From contig OZ024741.1 in NCBI GenBank assembly GCA_964016885.1, positions 268,274,001 through 268,338,000 of the forward strand: DNA of 64,000 bases, read 5' to 3'. A program made the position numbers and the translations under genes. The notes beneath the pieces are model-generated. The model worked only from the letters and a program-made list of their open reading frames with translations, was not told the DNA's origin and ran no database searches. Shown piece after piece: positions 1 through 12,960 of this stretch. The stretch's first letter is position 1. Each line of letters begins with the position of its first letter. The DNA comes from Eledone cirrhosa. Its lineage: Eukaryota.

Positions 1-1379
1 GTCCTTCCATGATCTGCAAGTTTGGGTTGTGCCTTTGGTTGGTGAGATCAAAGTAATAGATCTTTCTTTTGAAAGCTACAGGGAGGGAATTCCAGAGGGA
101 TTGCATTCTGATGAGGAAAGTCTATAGAGATGGTTTGTGCAGGTGGAGGGGGATGCAATCTGGGGGAGGAGATGATTGAGTGGGGGTAGCATGAAATCCG
201 CCACTTCTGAAAAGGAGATGCCACTCTAGTAAACAGTAGAAGACATGTATTCAAGCAGCTATAATGTGTAAAAAGACTTGGTGTATGTAATTTATCTCTA
301 GTGGAGGAATATGTTAACAACAATCCACATACATTATTTTTAGTATAATTGACTACAGCACATTAAATAGCAACGTTTTTGCTCTAAGACTGCAAGTTTT
401 TACAGCAATTTGCCCTTTAGTAAAGACACTATAGACATTTGAATTAACAGATTTGTGGATATTTTCTGCTAAATCATTACAGGATGTTAGTTAATGTCGG
501 TTAGGGGGAGATAACTGTGTTTGGTGATACGGTTGCCCTAATATCCCACTTGTACACATAGACACTCATAACACTAAGTATGTGTGTGTATTGTCCAAAA
601 TCTATTTCTAACCATGAAATATGATGTTTTCAATAATATTTCTTTCTGGCAAATTATCACCACCATTGGTGTAACCATCATGTATGGTTAATAGCTGCAG
701 GAATTTGGCCATTAATGGATTCCTATTTGAGTATTGATGAGGGGTGGGGGAATCTAACAAGAGGTCAAAACCCTTGGCCCCTTGGCTTGCTGTTGACCAG
801 GCAATGGACTCATCTGCCAGCAGGTTTCTCATTAGAAATAGATTAAAACTGAGTGAGAGGGAAAAGATGTTTACTCTCTGGGCCGTTTATTTGTCAAATA
901 TCATAATTTGTGTGTAACTGGATGCTTATATCGTCATAATCATCATTTAACATATATTTTCCATGCTAGCTTGGATTAGATAGGTTGTCCCATTTGAGAA
1001 TAGTCAGATCTTACTCATACAGAAGTGTTTCAGGCTTGGCTTCTACGGCTGAGACCAACCACATTTACAGTGTGTGCTGGGTACTTTTTGTTGTGACACC
1101 TACACAACCACTTTACAGTGGGGGATAAGTACATAGGTGCTGAGTTACGGCATAGGAAGTATATATATATATATATGTGTGGTGTGTATCCCAAATTTTA
1201 GAATAGATATTGTACCCCTGCATGTCTCGTACAAGTGACGAAAAAGGTTGGTGTCAGGATGGGCATCTGGCTGTAAAACATCTCAAAACATCACATCCAA
1301 CCCATACCAGTATGGAAAAATGGATGTAAAAACTGATAAATACTATAGTCTCCATGTATATGTGCGTATATATATAAAA

Positions 1380-2050
1380 GCCTAAAAGTAAATTTAGCGA
1401 AGTAGGAAAGAAGACAGGAAAGTGGGCTTGTTCAATATGTCAGAAAGGTCTGGACAAAAATTCCATAAGATGTAGGTAGGCTAATGAAAAAGACTTTATA
1501 TGTGGCAGATGCACAGAGGAAGTAAGCACAAAAAACACACATGTAATAGATTCTCTTGGCTGCCAGGGGACCTCTCTAGAAATTGTTGACAGCTTCTGCT
1601 ATCTCGGCAATCAAATTAGTGGGGCAGGATGTCCTGAAGGTTTGCTAGCTTGGATAAGAACAGGCTGGAAGAAGTTCAGAGATCTATTACTACTGTTAAC
1701 AACAAAATGCTTTTTCTCAGAGTGAAAGGTTGACTGTGTGATACCTGTATGCGAACTGCAATGCTACATGGCAGTGAAACATGGGCCTTGACTGCAGAAG
1801 CTAGAAAAGAATGAGTCTAGTATGCTTCAATGGATGTGCAATAGTGACATAGCATAAGCAAGCTGAGGAGTAAATTTGGTATAAGAGGAATTGGAGGTAG
1901 TGTGCAAGAGAGGAGACCGTGTTAGTATGGACATGTGATGGAAGAGGCAGACATGGGATGAAGTGAAGGCTGACCTTAAAAAGGTAAGCCTTAGAACAGA
2001 AATGACTAATGACTGCAAGGGCTGGTTGCTATGCAGTAATGAAGAAGACT
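1380..2050 (+). mobile_element. Decayed RTE-clade LINE fragment (PHD-like finger, thumb, 3' end)
   Basis: Degenerate translation GKWACSIC..EIVDSFCYLG..RTGWKKFRDLL..MLHGSETWAL matches the intact copy at 61604-63676; many stops and frameshifts. Confidence 0.85.
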
Positions 2051-2492
2051 TACCCTCCCCCCTTCCACTAACACTCCCTAACAGTTATTCACTACTCCAA
2101 GCCCCAGACACGCGCATTCCTAACAGCTGCCCCACCCCCGTCATGTAGTTGGTGATAGGAAGGGCATTCAGCCATGGAGGGCTTGCTAAACAAAGAGTCA
2201 GGAGGACCTTTCAGTTGTGTCAAGGACACAACAGCCTCCCTAGTGTTGGTGATCTACACGATAAATGCACCCAGGACATGCTTTAAAGTGGTTGGTGAGA
2301 GAAAAGGCATCCATCCATAGAAATCTTGCTAACAGGGAAAGCAGATGTTAAAATGATAAGCAGCAGCATTTTATACTCACTTTCCATGTTAGAATTATGC
2401 TAATAATTGAAGGTAACCTTGGGGGGTCACACATATATGCTCTGCTATATACAAATACACACTGATATCTCTGACCCTTTTTGTTTAACCTC

Positions 2493-2845
2493 TTAGTATC
2501 AAGCCATTGGAAGGAAACCTTATACGGTTGTCCCTTAGTATCAGGCCATTGATGGAAGGAAACCATATACAGTTGTCTCTTAATATCAAGCCATTGATGG
2601 AAGGAAACCTTATACAATTGTTCCTTAATATCAAGCCATTGATGGAAGGAAACCATATACAGTTGTCTCTTAATATCAAGCCATTGATGGAAGGAAACCT
2701 TATACGGTTGTCCCTTAGTATCAGGCCATTGATGGAAGGAAACCATATACAGTTGTCTCTTAATATCAAGCCATTGATGGAAGGAAACCTTATACAATTG
2801 TTCCTTAATATCAAGCCATTGATGGAAGGAAACTTTATACAGTTG
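2493..2845. repeat. 45-bp minisatellite, about 8 units, with 180-bp higher-order period
   Basis: Unit ~TTAATATCAAGCCATTGATGGAAGGAAACCWTATACAGTTGTCTC; sequence from 2521 recurs at 2701; overlapping ORFs show 15-aa periodicity. Confidence 0.95.
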
Positions 2846-3277
2846 CCCAGCGTGCAAGAAATAATGATTAAAATAGGGGCATTGAGAAGGGCATACAGCT
2901 ATAAAGGAGTGCTTCAAAAGTTCTATCCAGACAATTCCATCATGGAAATAGATGTAAAATTAATGATGGTGAATATATATCATCATCATCATCATCATCA
3001 TCATTGAACATCCCTTTTCCCTGCTAGCGAGGGTTGGATGGGTCATCACAGACCAAGTCAGTACTTAATATGAGCTATTGACTACTCAGATGGGCCAGGA
3101 ACCACATCTCATTTACATACGTTCCCACACTTTACAGAGTGTACTGGGTGCATTTTATCATAGCACTAGGGAAATGTCATGTCTTTTATACAACTGAGGA
3201 GTCTTCTCAAGCCATTGTTTGGAAAGTTTTCTACAGCTGGATGCTCTCCTTATACCCAACCACTTTACAGTATGTAC

Positions 3278-3478
3278 TGCAAGGGTTGGCTGAAATGTTC
3301 ATAGGCTGACTATGAAGAAGGGATGTTAGGGTTGTGAAATCTTGTGTGCATTAATTTCAACTTTTCTTACTAATAACTGCATTGTTCTTTCCAGGGACTA
3401 TGTTGAGAAATAAACCTCATTTGGTCATTCCATGAGAGTATCTTGGTCAGCCTATGAACTTTTCAGCTGACTCTCATA
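3278..3478 (+). mobile_element. Internally deleted mariner (Tc1/mariner) element / MITE
   Basis: TIRs aagggttggctgaaatgttcataggctgac / gtcagcctatgaacttttcagctgactctc followed by ATA; internal gggactatgttgagaaataa encodes GDYVEK*, a typical mariner transposase C-terminus. Confidence 0.8.
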
Positions 3479-3519
3479 GGTGTGTTTTATCATGGAAATC
3501 ATCATCATCATGTGTGTGT

Positions 3520-3812
3520 GTAGCTGACTTCTGCCAGTTCTGATGAGTGTTCTAGCTGATTCTATCAACGGAACAAACAGCTTGCTCTTGAAATTATCAA
3601 GCAAATTGTTGACCATTCCACTGACACGTGTACCCTTTATTCTTAATTCTCAAGGATATTCAGTATAACCTAGAGTGTGATAAAGCTGGAACTTTGAATC
3701 ACAGGTAAAACTAATTTTTGCCAGTTCAATGGACTGAAACAACATGAAATCAAGTATCTAAAATTGAACACAACCTTACAATTGTAAGACGAACACTCTA
3801 ATCACTAAGTCA
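3520..3812 (-). mobile_element. tRNA-derived SINE (CORE-like family); related copies at 5160-5425 (-) and 27750-28060 (+)
   Basis: Shared body gtgaaattaacgtgcaagtggctgagcactccacagacac; tRNA-like head at the right end on the minus strand. Confidence 0.65.
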
Positions 3813-3974
3813 TATATATACAGAATATATTTATTATAAAGTTTAGCTATATAAAAACTTAATTGTTGAGCTAAAAGTGATGATAAAAAATGTATATACT
3901 GAAGGGATGTTTTATGCATAGAACAGCCAAACATTAACTGAATGAGCACTCAATGTGTGTCTTATTATTATTTT

Positions 3975-5098
3975 GAGGCACCGGGGCAGTGGATTGGCAG
4001 TATTGATAGGGTGTCAAATTACGTTTTGCTATGACCCTTTATATTCTGAGTTCAAATCCCACCAAGGTTAGCTTTGCCTTTCATCCTTATGGAATCGATA
4101 AAATAAAGTACCAGTGGTGAACTGGTGTCGAATGAAATGACCCCCCCCCCCCCCAAAAAAAAAATTGTTGTCCTTGTGCTTAAATCAGAAACCATTATTT
4201 TGAGGTGCTAAAAAGGCAATGGAATGGCAGAATCGGTAGAGCCTCAGATAAAATGCTTTGCAGTATTTGTTCTGGCTCTTTGCATTTGTGAGTTTTACCC
4301 TTTAGCATTTACATTACTCTATATTTACTATTATATTTTCAAGGTAAAGGCTTTATCTCACATAACATCAAAGCTATGAAATTTTGATGTTAGTTATTTT
4401 GAGAACAATACCTTAACATCAGTATGAGTGGCCAGTTTGAACAGAAAGTGATGAGAAAATTCTGGCCGGATGTGGCCGGTTTAAATGCTAAAGGATTAAA
4501 TCCCACCTTGGTCAACTTTGCTTTTCATCCTTTATGGGTAGGTAAAATAAAGTACTGGAGGTTGAATTAATGAACTTTGCCCTTCCCCCAAATTTACTGG
4601 CCTTGTGCCTAAATTTGAAATTATTATTTTGAAGCACCTAAAGGCAGTGGATTGACAGAATCACTTGGGCCTTGGACAAAATGCTTGCAGTATTTAGTTA
4701 CAACTTTTTACATTCTATGTTAAAATCCAGCCAAGGTAAACTTTACCTTTCATCTTTATCTTTCCAGGGTCAATAAAATAAAGTACCAGTTAAATACTGG
4801 GGCTGATAGTATAATATAATACCAGTAATACCAAATTACTGACCTTGTGCCAATTACAGAAAGAAATATTTTCTGGCACTAATCGGCAGTGGATTGGCAG
4901 AATCTCTGATGCATCAGACAAATTAATTTGTAGCACTAGTTCCAGCTCTTTATGTTCTGATTTCAAATCCCACCGAGGTCAACTTTGCCTTTCATCTTTC
5001 TGAACTTGATAAAGTAAAATACTGGGGTTGATTTAATCGACTCTCTACTCATCCAAACTGCTGGCCTTGTACCTAAATTAGAAACCCTTACTTTGAGG
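3975..5098 (+). mobile_element. Head-to-tail array of four tRNA-derived SINE copies
   Basis: Repeated units with A-box-like ggcagtggattggcagaatc, B-box-like gagttcaaatccc, central aactttgcctttcatcc..gataaaataaagtacca and tail ccttgtgcctaaattagaaacc. Confidence 0.85.
4298..4495. mobile_element. piggyBac-like MITE inserted into the SINE B-box
   Basis: TIR ccctttagcattta / taaatgctaaagga flanked by ttta and ttaa; another end of this family at 29640-29680. Confidence 0.7.
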
Positions 5099-5479
5099 CC
5101 TCAAGCATGTGCTTATTTTGCTTAAGAGCTAGTCCGTGGTTGTGTATATGTGCATGCAGTTGAACCTCCATCACTTCTAATGACGAGAATTAGAATTATT
5201 GGAAAATAAAAGTCTATGTGAGAAATTAACATTCATGTGACTGAGCATTCGACAGACATGTGGTTCTCAGGGAGATTCAACGTGACAATGTGGGACAAGG
5301 CTGGCGCTTTCAAATACACATACAACTCATTTTTGTCAGCTGGGGTTGAACTGGTACAATGTGAGATAAAGTGTCTTGTGCTGAAGGACACAATGCGCTA
5401 TTAGGAATTGAACTCACAACCTAGAATTGATGTATGAGTAATAAAATATGAAATATATGCGGAAAGTTGTTCATAGTAA

Positions 5480-6365
5480 CAAAACTACTACTACTTCTAC
5501 TAGTGGTGGTGGTCATGGTTGAACTACTGATGGTGGTAGTGGTAATATGCTATTCCTGATGGTGTTGCTAATACTATAGAGTAACAGTACTGATACTAGT
5601 GCATATATTGGTAGTTATAGTACTGATACTACTAATGGTGGTGTTTGTACTATCACTACTGCTGGTACTAATGGTGGCTATAGTATTGGAGTAGGTGGTG
5701 ATGGTGGTGGATAGTGATGGTGTGAGTGTAGTGTTGGGGGTAGTGATGGTAGTATTGGTAGTGGTGATAGTTGTAGTATTAGTGGTAGTGGTGATATTTG
5801 TAGTATTAGTGGTAGTGTTGGTAGTGGTGATAGTTGTAGTATTAGTGATAGTGGTGATAGTATTAGTGGTAGTGGTGATAGTTGTAGTATTAGTGGTAGT
5901 GGTGATAGTTGTAGTATTAGTGGTAGTGGTGGTAGTGTTGGTAGTGGTGATAGTATTAGTGGTAGTGGAGATAGTTGTAGTACAAGTGGTAGTGTTAGTG
6001 ATATTGGTAGTGATGATAGTTGTAGTATTAGTGATAGTGTTGGTAGTGGTGATAGTTGTAGTATTAGTGGTAGTGTTGGTAGTGGTGATAGTTGTAGTAT
6101 TAGTGGTAGTGTTGGTAGTGGTGATAGTTGTAGTATTAGTGGTAGTGTTGGTAGTGGTGATAGTTGTAGTATTAGTGGTAGTGTTGGTAGTGGTGATAGT
6201 TGTAGTATTAGTGGTAGTGTTGGTGATGGCTGTAGTGTTGTTGTTGTTGAAGGTGGTGGTAGTTATACTACTGCCACTGGTAGGGGTGGCTAGAATTATG
6301 GTATTGTCAGTGTTGGTGTTGATGGTAGTGGTAGTACTGCTACTGGTGATGGTTATAGTACGACT
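5480..6365. repeat. Low-complexity (GTA/GTG)n minisatellite with ~36-bp internal period
   Basis: gtagtggtgatagttgtagtattagtggtagtgttg repeats; source of the poly-Thr and poly-Val ORFs. Confidence 0.95.
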
Positions 6366-6386
6366 ATAGGTAGGCATATATATATA

Positions 6387-6464
6387 CAGGGTGTCCCCCA
6401 AAAATGTATACATATATTTATTAGAATGCTGTTGAAGTGTGTATACATATTTTGGGACGCCCTG
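6387..6464. mobile_element. 78-bp Tc1/mariner-type MITE
   Basis: TIR cagggtgtcccccaaaaatgtatac / gtatacatattttgggacgccctg, preceded by TA. Confidence 0.75.
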
Positions 6465-7889
6465 TGTGTGTGTATTTATATTTATAGAGAGAGAGACTTG
6501 GTGATGGAGGTGGTGGTGAGGGCCATGGTGGACCATGTTGGAGGTAATGGTGAGAATTGCTGAACGATATAAAAAGGGGGAGCGTGTCGGTGTTTAGAGA
6601 GGGGGGGGGACACTGTGAGAAAGAGAGAGAGAGAGATAAAAGAAGGTTAAAGAAGGAGGAATATGTGAGTGGTAGTGGTGGTGAGTGGAGGAATGAAAAA
6701 CAAAGGGGGGTAGTAGTGAGAGTATGTGAAAAGAAATAGTTGAAATTTCTAGGATGGAGGAAAGATTAGCCACCGGGGGGGGGGGGAGTGAAAGAAAGGG
6801 AAGAAGGAGGAGTGACCTTTAGAAAAGAGCGAAAGTCAGAAGTGTGGTGAGAGGAAGGAGTTAGATGAGAGAGGGAGAGAGGATTAAGTCATGATTTTTC
6901 ATCTGTAACCTGCCATGCACAGCGGCGTATTACTGGTATGAGGCCCGTCGCCAGGTTTTGGTGCCTGGGTAAGCTTCAAAGTATTCTGGGTGGCTGGGCA
7001 TACTAATTCGCTGTTATTCTAAGTTTTAGATTCAGAATAAGAAGCATATCACAGTAAATACTTTTCTCTATCCGAAGGTTGACCATTGAAAAGTAAAGGA
7101 TGAGGGCAGGGAACATCCTTCCTTGACGATGCCCCCTCCACCACCCACCTACCAAGTTGCTACCTGGGTGTAACACAGTAATATTTGTATCACCAAACAG
7201 TGAGATACGAACCTGAATTATCTTACTGCTGTCTTTACTATGAGGTGTTGTGGTGTGCATGCCTTTCTTTGTGATATTAACAGATTTTACTTTTCTGGAG
7301 TTCACCTATTCCATTGGTGGTGGTGCTGTGGTGATGGTGATGGTGATAGTGGTGGTGGTGGTGGTGGTATGGTAGTGGTGGTGCGGTAGTGTGATGCTGG
7401 TGGTGGTGGTGATGTTTCAATGTGGCGATGGTGGTGGTGTGGTAGTGTGGCGATGGTTGTGTGGTGGTAGTGTGGCGATGGTGGTGGTGGTGTGGTAGTG
7501 TGGCGATGGTGGTGGTGTGGTAGTGTGGCGATGATGGTGGTGTGGTAGTGTGGTGATGGTGATAGTGTAGTGTAGTGGTGACAGTGTAGTGTGTGGTGGT
7601 GATGGTGATCTAGTGTATGGTGATGCAGTGTATTGTGGTAATGTAGTGAATAGTGATGCAGTGTAGTGATGGTTGTGGCGGTGTTGTTGAGGTAGTGTGT
7701 GGTGGTGATGTTATTTAGCCCCAGGTCAGCCCTGACCAAGTAGTTCTATAATCAATGATGTTCCAGCTTTGACAATCCTCCCTTTTTAGACACTGTATAC
7801 AAAACCATATTAAGAAATATATAATGATGAGGGAGATTTGGCTGTTATTTCTAGCAGAGTAACACATGGTATACGGTATATTATGGTAT

Positions 7890-8190
7890 GGTATGGTCCC
7901 ATAACTCCTGAGGAAATCATAGAGGCGCCGTGGTGACATACAGCATTTCTTGGACATTTTAAACCTGGCAGATCCCATCCCTTTCCATGTCTGAACACAA
8001 CAGATTCTTCCAGAGAAGGAGAGAGAGAATGAGAGAAAGAAACAGAGAAAGAATCGGGGCCCAGTACTAGACTGATACATCTTTTATCGGCCTCAATAGA
8101 ATGAAAGGCAAAGTTGACCTCGGCAGGATTTGAACTCGGAGAGCATAGAGCTGGAATGAACACTGCCCGATGTTCTAACAACTCTGCCTA
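7890..8190 (-). mobile_element. tRNA-derived SINE with distinct 3' body; same family as 13829-14168
   Basis: Head shared with the 3975 array; colinear similarity to 13850-14160. Confidence 0.75.
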
Positions 8191-8819
8191 TACGGTATGG
8201 TTATTGTTTGTTTAAGGTAGTGTGGGGGTTGTATAGTGCAGTGTGGTGATGATACAGTACAATGTGTTATAGTGTAGTGTGGCAGTGGCATACAGAAGTT
8301 TTTTGGTGGTATGCTGGTGTACTGCAGTATTTCAGGTTCTAAGAATTTCCCATATGTATATGTTGATTTTTACATGCGCACACGCACTCAACCAAAAGCT
8401 TTTTATAATCATATGTTTAGATGTATGGTCTATCTCAGGCCACTCACTGATTTTATTCTCACACCTGGCTTAAGCCCTGGCATCCCTGATGTCTACTGAT
8501 TTTTAAAAGTTCTTTTAAGACTTAAAAGTATGTCAAGAAATAGTATTATGTCCAATAATAGTTTCAAAACACAGAATTAAAGTTAACTGTTATCACTTCC
8601 CTTTAATCCTGAGTTTTTATTTAATATGTATCCATTAATGACATAGGATTTACACAATTAGATTATGAATTACACCATTCATATTGAGGTGTATCTATTG
8701 CACAATGCATTTGACATGAATGCCGTTTCAAGAGAAATTTAGGTAATGATGAGTATTTTGGTAATATATATATGTAAAAGAAATCAAAGAACGCCTACAT
8801 ACTCATACAATTTTTATTT

Positions 8820-8864
8820 GCTGACAATGTTTCATCCATACCATTGGGCAGGAATCATCAGAGC
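8820..8864 (-). ncRNA. Minimal type I hammerhead ribozyme
   Basis: Minus strand: gct CTGATGA ttcctgcccaatggtatggat GAAAC att GTC agc; stem I gct/agc, stem II tcc/gga plus tgcc/ggta, GUC cleavage triplet. Confidence 0.65.
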
Positions 8865-9611
8865 TTTATAAACAAAAATACAGTGCTGAGTATAAGCTCT
8901 ACCGAGTTTAGTCACATGAACATTAGAAATATAATAGAGGGCAACAAGAGGGAGATCATGAATGGCTAGTATGGAGAGAGTGCATAGTGGGGTTGTTATT
9001 CAGCACTACAGCTAAATGCAATGGTACAGGCAGATATTTTTACAAGATGCAGAAGCATGTGAGGGCACATAAAGGCAAAAAGTATAGACAATAGTTAAAA
9101 CATATAATAAAAAATAAAAGGAAAATAATAATATAAAGAGATAAAAAAAAAATTTTTAATTAAAAAAGAAGAAAGAAAAAGTGCATTGGTCACTATATAT
9201 AACAGGTGATTTAGCTCTCCATAACTTAGAGTTATAGAAATACTAAAAGGCTCCCAAGGTATTTTCAGAAAGCCCAAATGGGATTTTATTCCTCCCCATA
9301 ATATACATAATCAAGGTATACTAGCATGTTACAGAATTATGTGGACCATGGGTAATATGTAAAGTGGTTGTGTAGGTGTCACAACAAAAAACACCCAGTC
9401 CGCATTGTAAAGTGGTTGTGTAGGCGACACAGCAAAAAGCACCCGGCACTGACTGTAAATGTGGTTGGCGTCAGGAAAAGCATCCAGCTGTAGAAACCAA
9501 GCCAAAATCAGTTCTGTGGGAGGGAATCACGGTCCCCTGACCTGATCTCCCACAAAGGGACAGCCTGTCCTACTCATGCTAGCGTGCAAGATGATTGTTA
9601 AACGATAATAA

Positions 9612-9658
<47 letters not shown>

Positions 9659-9661
9659 TAT

Positions 9662-9849
9662 ATAATATGTTGATTCCCGAGTTCTATTAACCACAGTTAA
9701 AAAAGGTACTCAATACATTGGCAGAGTATAGGCATTTTTTATTTTGATTTCATACAAATGAAATAAAAAATGCCTGTACTCTGCCAATGTATTGAGTACC
9801 TTTTTTAACTGTGATTACCCCCAATAGAACTTGGGAATCTACATATTAT
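9662..9849. repeat. Fold-back palindrome of HHR family A tail (ribozyme mostly deleted at the centre)
   Basis: ~80-bp imperfect arms; right arm tactctgccaatgtattgagtacc matches 43973-43995; centre gatttcatacaaatgaaa resembles stem II + GAAA. Confidence 0.85.
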
Positions 9850-9859
9850 GTAAATGTGT

Positions 9860-10125
9860 ATATCATCATCATTTTACGTCCACTTTCCCCTACTTGCAGG
9901 GGTGGGACGGGCCCTATTCAGCACAACATCTCTCGATTCGTCATGGTCCCTCGTCATCTCCTCCGCGAGCTTCAGCAATTTGAGATCTGCTCTCACCACC
10001 TCCACCCATGATCTTCATGGTCCTCCTCTACTGCGTCTTCCTTCTACTGAGATTTTTTGGTACTTCTTTACCCAGCGGTCACCCTCCATGCGCATCACAT
10101 GTCCAGACCAATGCAGTCTCTCCCA
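9860..10125 (-). mobile_element. RTE LINE 3' end (short-UTR subfamily) with (GAT)n tail
   Basis: Minus translation RLHWSGHVMRMEGDRWVKKYQKISVEGRRSRGGP..; similar to 22705-22852. Confidence 0.85.
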
Positions 10126-10464
10126 CACACCACATATATATACATATATATATATCATATGAGCAGAATACTCAGCATTACCTAGATTTCTCTTGAAAAG
10201 TTGGCATTCATGTAAGAAATTAATTGTATTGTTTGTCTATGTGTATGTCTACTCTTACCACTGCTCTTTCTTTTCTATGTAGTTATCACCTGCTCTCCAC
10301 TTCCTCCACATGCAGAATAAACGTTTTAATTTTCTACCTTTTACTGCCACTCTCACTCTCTTATACTATTACCACCTCTTACTTCCACTCATTTGCCTCT
10401 TTCTCTCTCTTTCATTCTTTTTCTTTCAATTCTCTTTCACTTCGAAATCTGTTTTATTATTTCT

Positions 10465-10920
10465 TAGCAGAGTTGTTTGACCATCAGACAAATGCTTACC
10501 AATATTGTTTCAGTTCTCTTCTTCTTTTCCCATCAAGGTTAACTTTGCCTTTCATCCTTCTAGTGTCGATAAAATAAAGTACCAGTCAAGTAGTGGAGCT
10601 GATATAACCAATCTCCCTATCTTCCCCCAAAATTACTGGCTTTGTACCAAAATTACAAAAAATAATTGTTTCTACTTTTGGCACAAGGCCAGCAATTATC
10701 CAGTGCATTACTGGTACTTTACTTTATCGACCCCGTAAGGATGAAAGGCAAAGTTAACCTCGGCGGGATTTGAACTCAGAATGACAAGGGCCGTAACTAT
10801 ATGCGTCAAAGCATGGTGTCCGACCCTCTACCGATACTGTCAGTCCACTGCCAAATAATAATGCTTAGCAGTATTTATTTCAGCTCTTTACTTTCAGAAT
10901 TCCTGTCCAGTGAATTAGCA
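10465..10920. mobile_element. Cluster of tRNA-derived SINE copies in both orientations
   Basis: aactttgcctttcatcc (+) and ggatgaaaggcaaagttaacc (-) central domains; similar minus copies at 42290-42920 and 58605-58730. Confidence 0.75.
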
Positions 10921-11061
10921 GTATTATTTGCTTTTGTTCAATGTTGTTTTGATATTGTATTGATATTGTTTCAATATTGTATTGATATTGTATCAATATT
11001 ATTTCGACATTGTATTGATATTGTTTCGATATTGTAACTCAAAACTCAATAAAATATATCA

Positions 11062-11400
11062 GCACAGGGCAGACATGGGCTCCATAAGCCATGCAAAAGG
11101 CAGTCTAGGAGGGCAGTGACTGCACAGGGCAGACATGGGCTCCATAAGCCATGCAAAAGGCAGTCTAGGAGGGCAGTGACTGCACAGGGCAGACATGGGC
11201 TCCATGAGCCATGCAAAAGGCAGTCTAGGAGGGCAGTGACTGCACAGGGCAGACATGGGCTCCATGAGCCATGCAAAAGGCAGTCTAGGAGGGCAGTGAC
11301 TGCACAGGGCAGACATGGGCTCTGTAAGCAGCCCTTCTAGGAGAACAGTGACTCCAAATGAAATATGACTGCATGGGGTAGACATGGGCTCTGTAAGCTG
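11062..11400. repeat. 60-bp GC-rich minisatellite (about 4.5 near-identical units plus a degenerate one) abutting an RTE 5' truncation
   Basis: Unit gcacagggcagacatgggctccatRagccatgcaaaaggcagtctaggagggcagtgact. Confidence 0.95.
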
Positions 11401-11419
11401 AAATATAGTCAAACCCCTC

Positions 11420-12832
11420 TAGGATAGCAGAGGTGTTCTAGAAAGGAACAACTACAGAAGAGTAAAACTAATGGACCAAGTTATGAAAGTGACGAAGTCA
11501 AATAGATGAAAGAAGTTCCTAGCCAAGAATAAGCTGCTATATTTAGCTTGTGTTGATCTAGAAAAGGGCCTTCAACAAAGTACCTCATTCTGTTATCTGG
11601 TGGCGCTTAAGAAAATTAAGTGTAGAAGAATGGCTTGTGAGAGTAGTGCAAGTCATGTACAGAGGATCTGTCAATAAAGTGAGAGTAGGAAGTGAGTTTA
11701 GTGAGGAATTCAAGCTACAGGTAGGGGTTCATCAGGGTTCAGTTCTCAACCCACTGCTGTTCATCATAGTTCTCTAGGCCATAACAAAGGAGTTTAAGAC
11801 TGGCTGTCCATAGGAACTTCTCTATGCAGATGATCTGATCCTTGTAGCTGAATCCATAAAAGATCTAGCAAATAAGTTCCGACTTTGGAAACAGAATTTG
11901 GAATCCAAAGGTCGGAGAGTAAACTTAGCCAAGACTAGTGCAACTAAATAGGAAAGACAATAGAACTCTGGTTCCTTCAAGGAAGTGGCCTGGCTCAATA
12001 TGTAGAAAAGTGTGGGCATAAACTGTACACAATGTAAATCTTGGGTACACAAGAGATGTAGCGGGATAACAGGAAGATTAACAGGACGAGAAGACTTTGT
12101 ATTTAGAAGATACACAGGGTTAATCAAAGGGAAGAACATCAGTGATACAAACCTTTTCCAATCACATGAAAGATCCATAGGAGTGGTTGATAGCTTCTGT
12201 TATCTAGGTGACCTAATTAGCAATGGAGTGGGGTGCTCAGAGAGCATAATAGCTTGAATAAGGGTAGGATGGAAGAAGTTTAGAGAGCTACTGCCACTCT
12301 TGACAACAAAAGGTTTCTCCCTTCATACAAAAAGATGGCTGTATGATGCTTGTGTGCGAAGTGTGATACTGTATGGTAGTGAAACATGGACAGTGACTGC
12401 AGAGGACATGTGTAGGCTGGGGAAAAATTAAACAACTATTCTTCGATGGATGTGCAATGTAAATGTGAGAGAAAGGCAGAGCTTGGATGAACTGAAGGAG
12501 AAACTGGGTTTAAGAGGAATCTAAAGTGTTATGAAGAGAGAAGACTGTATTAGTATGGTCATGTGATGCATATGGATGATGATGGCTGGGTGAAGGATGA
12601 TGATGGCTGGGTGAAGAAGTGCCAGGAAATCTCAGTAGAAGAAAGCTGCAGCAGAGGTAGACCAAGGAAGACCTGGCTGGAGATAGTGAGAGATGATCTC
12701 AAATCACTGAGACTCACTGAAGATATGACAAAGGAATGTGATGTGTGGAGAGATGCTGTGCTGAGAAAGGACCTGTCCAAACCATGCAAGCTTGGAAAAG
12801 TTGACATAAAACCGATGATGGAGATGTTAAAT
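11420..12832 (+). mobile_element. Decayed 5'-truncated RTE LINE
   Basis: RT motifs (VDLEK, GVHQGSVL, ELLYADDL), PHD-like finger, thumb and GAT-type tail, with stops. Confidence 0.9.
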
Positions 12833-12930
12833 ATTGGTGATATGTATATATAAACCCATAGAGTAAATATTTATTATTAGCACATTAAAAGTTTAAGCAA
12901 ACTATTTTCTGCTTTATTTCACATAGAAAT

Positions 12931-12960
12931 GACTTCTACAGGACTAGAACTGTTTCATTT
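12931..12960 (-). ncRNA. 3' half of a family A hammerhead, truncated in stem II
   Basis: Reverse complement aaatGAAACAGttctagtcCTGTAgaagtc nearly matches 21411-21438. Confidence 0.6.

Noticed and set aside
1-850. Unique-looking sequence with short minus-strand ORFs, possibly a decayed L1/Tx1 ORF1
   Set aside because: No diagnostic motif could be confirmed.
2348-3007. Repetitive ORFs on both strands, one ending in poly-His
   Set aside because: Products of a 45-bp minisatellite and a (CAT)n retroelement tail.
5574-6536. 320-aa Thr-rich mucin-like ORF and antisense poly-Val ORF
   Set aside because: Translation of a GTA/GTG minisatellite; no signal peptide or splice context; similar tracts elsewhere contain stops.
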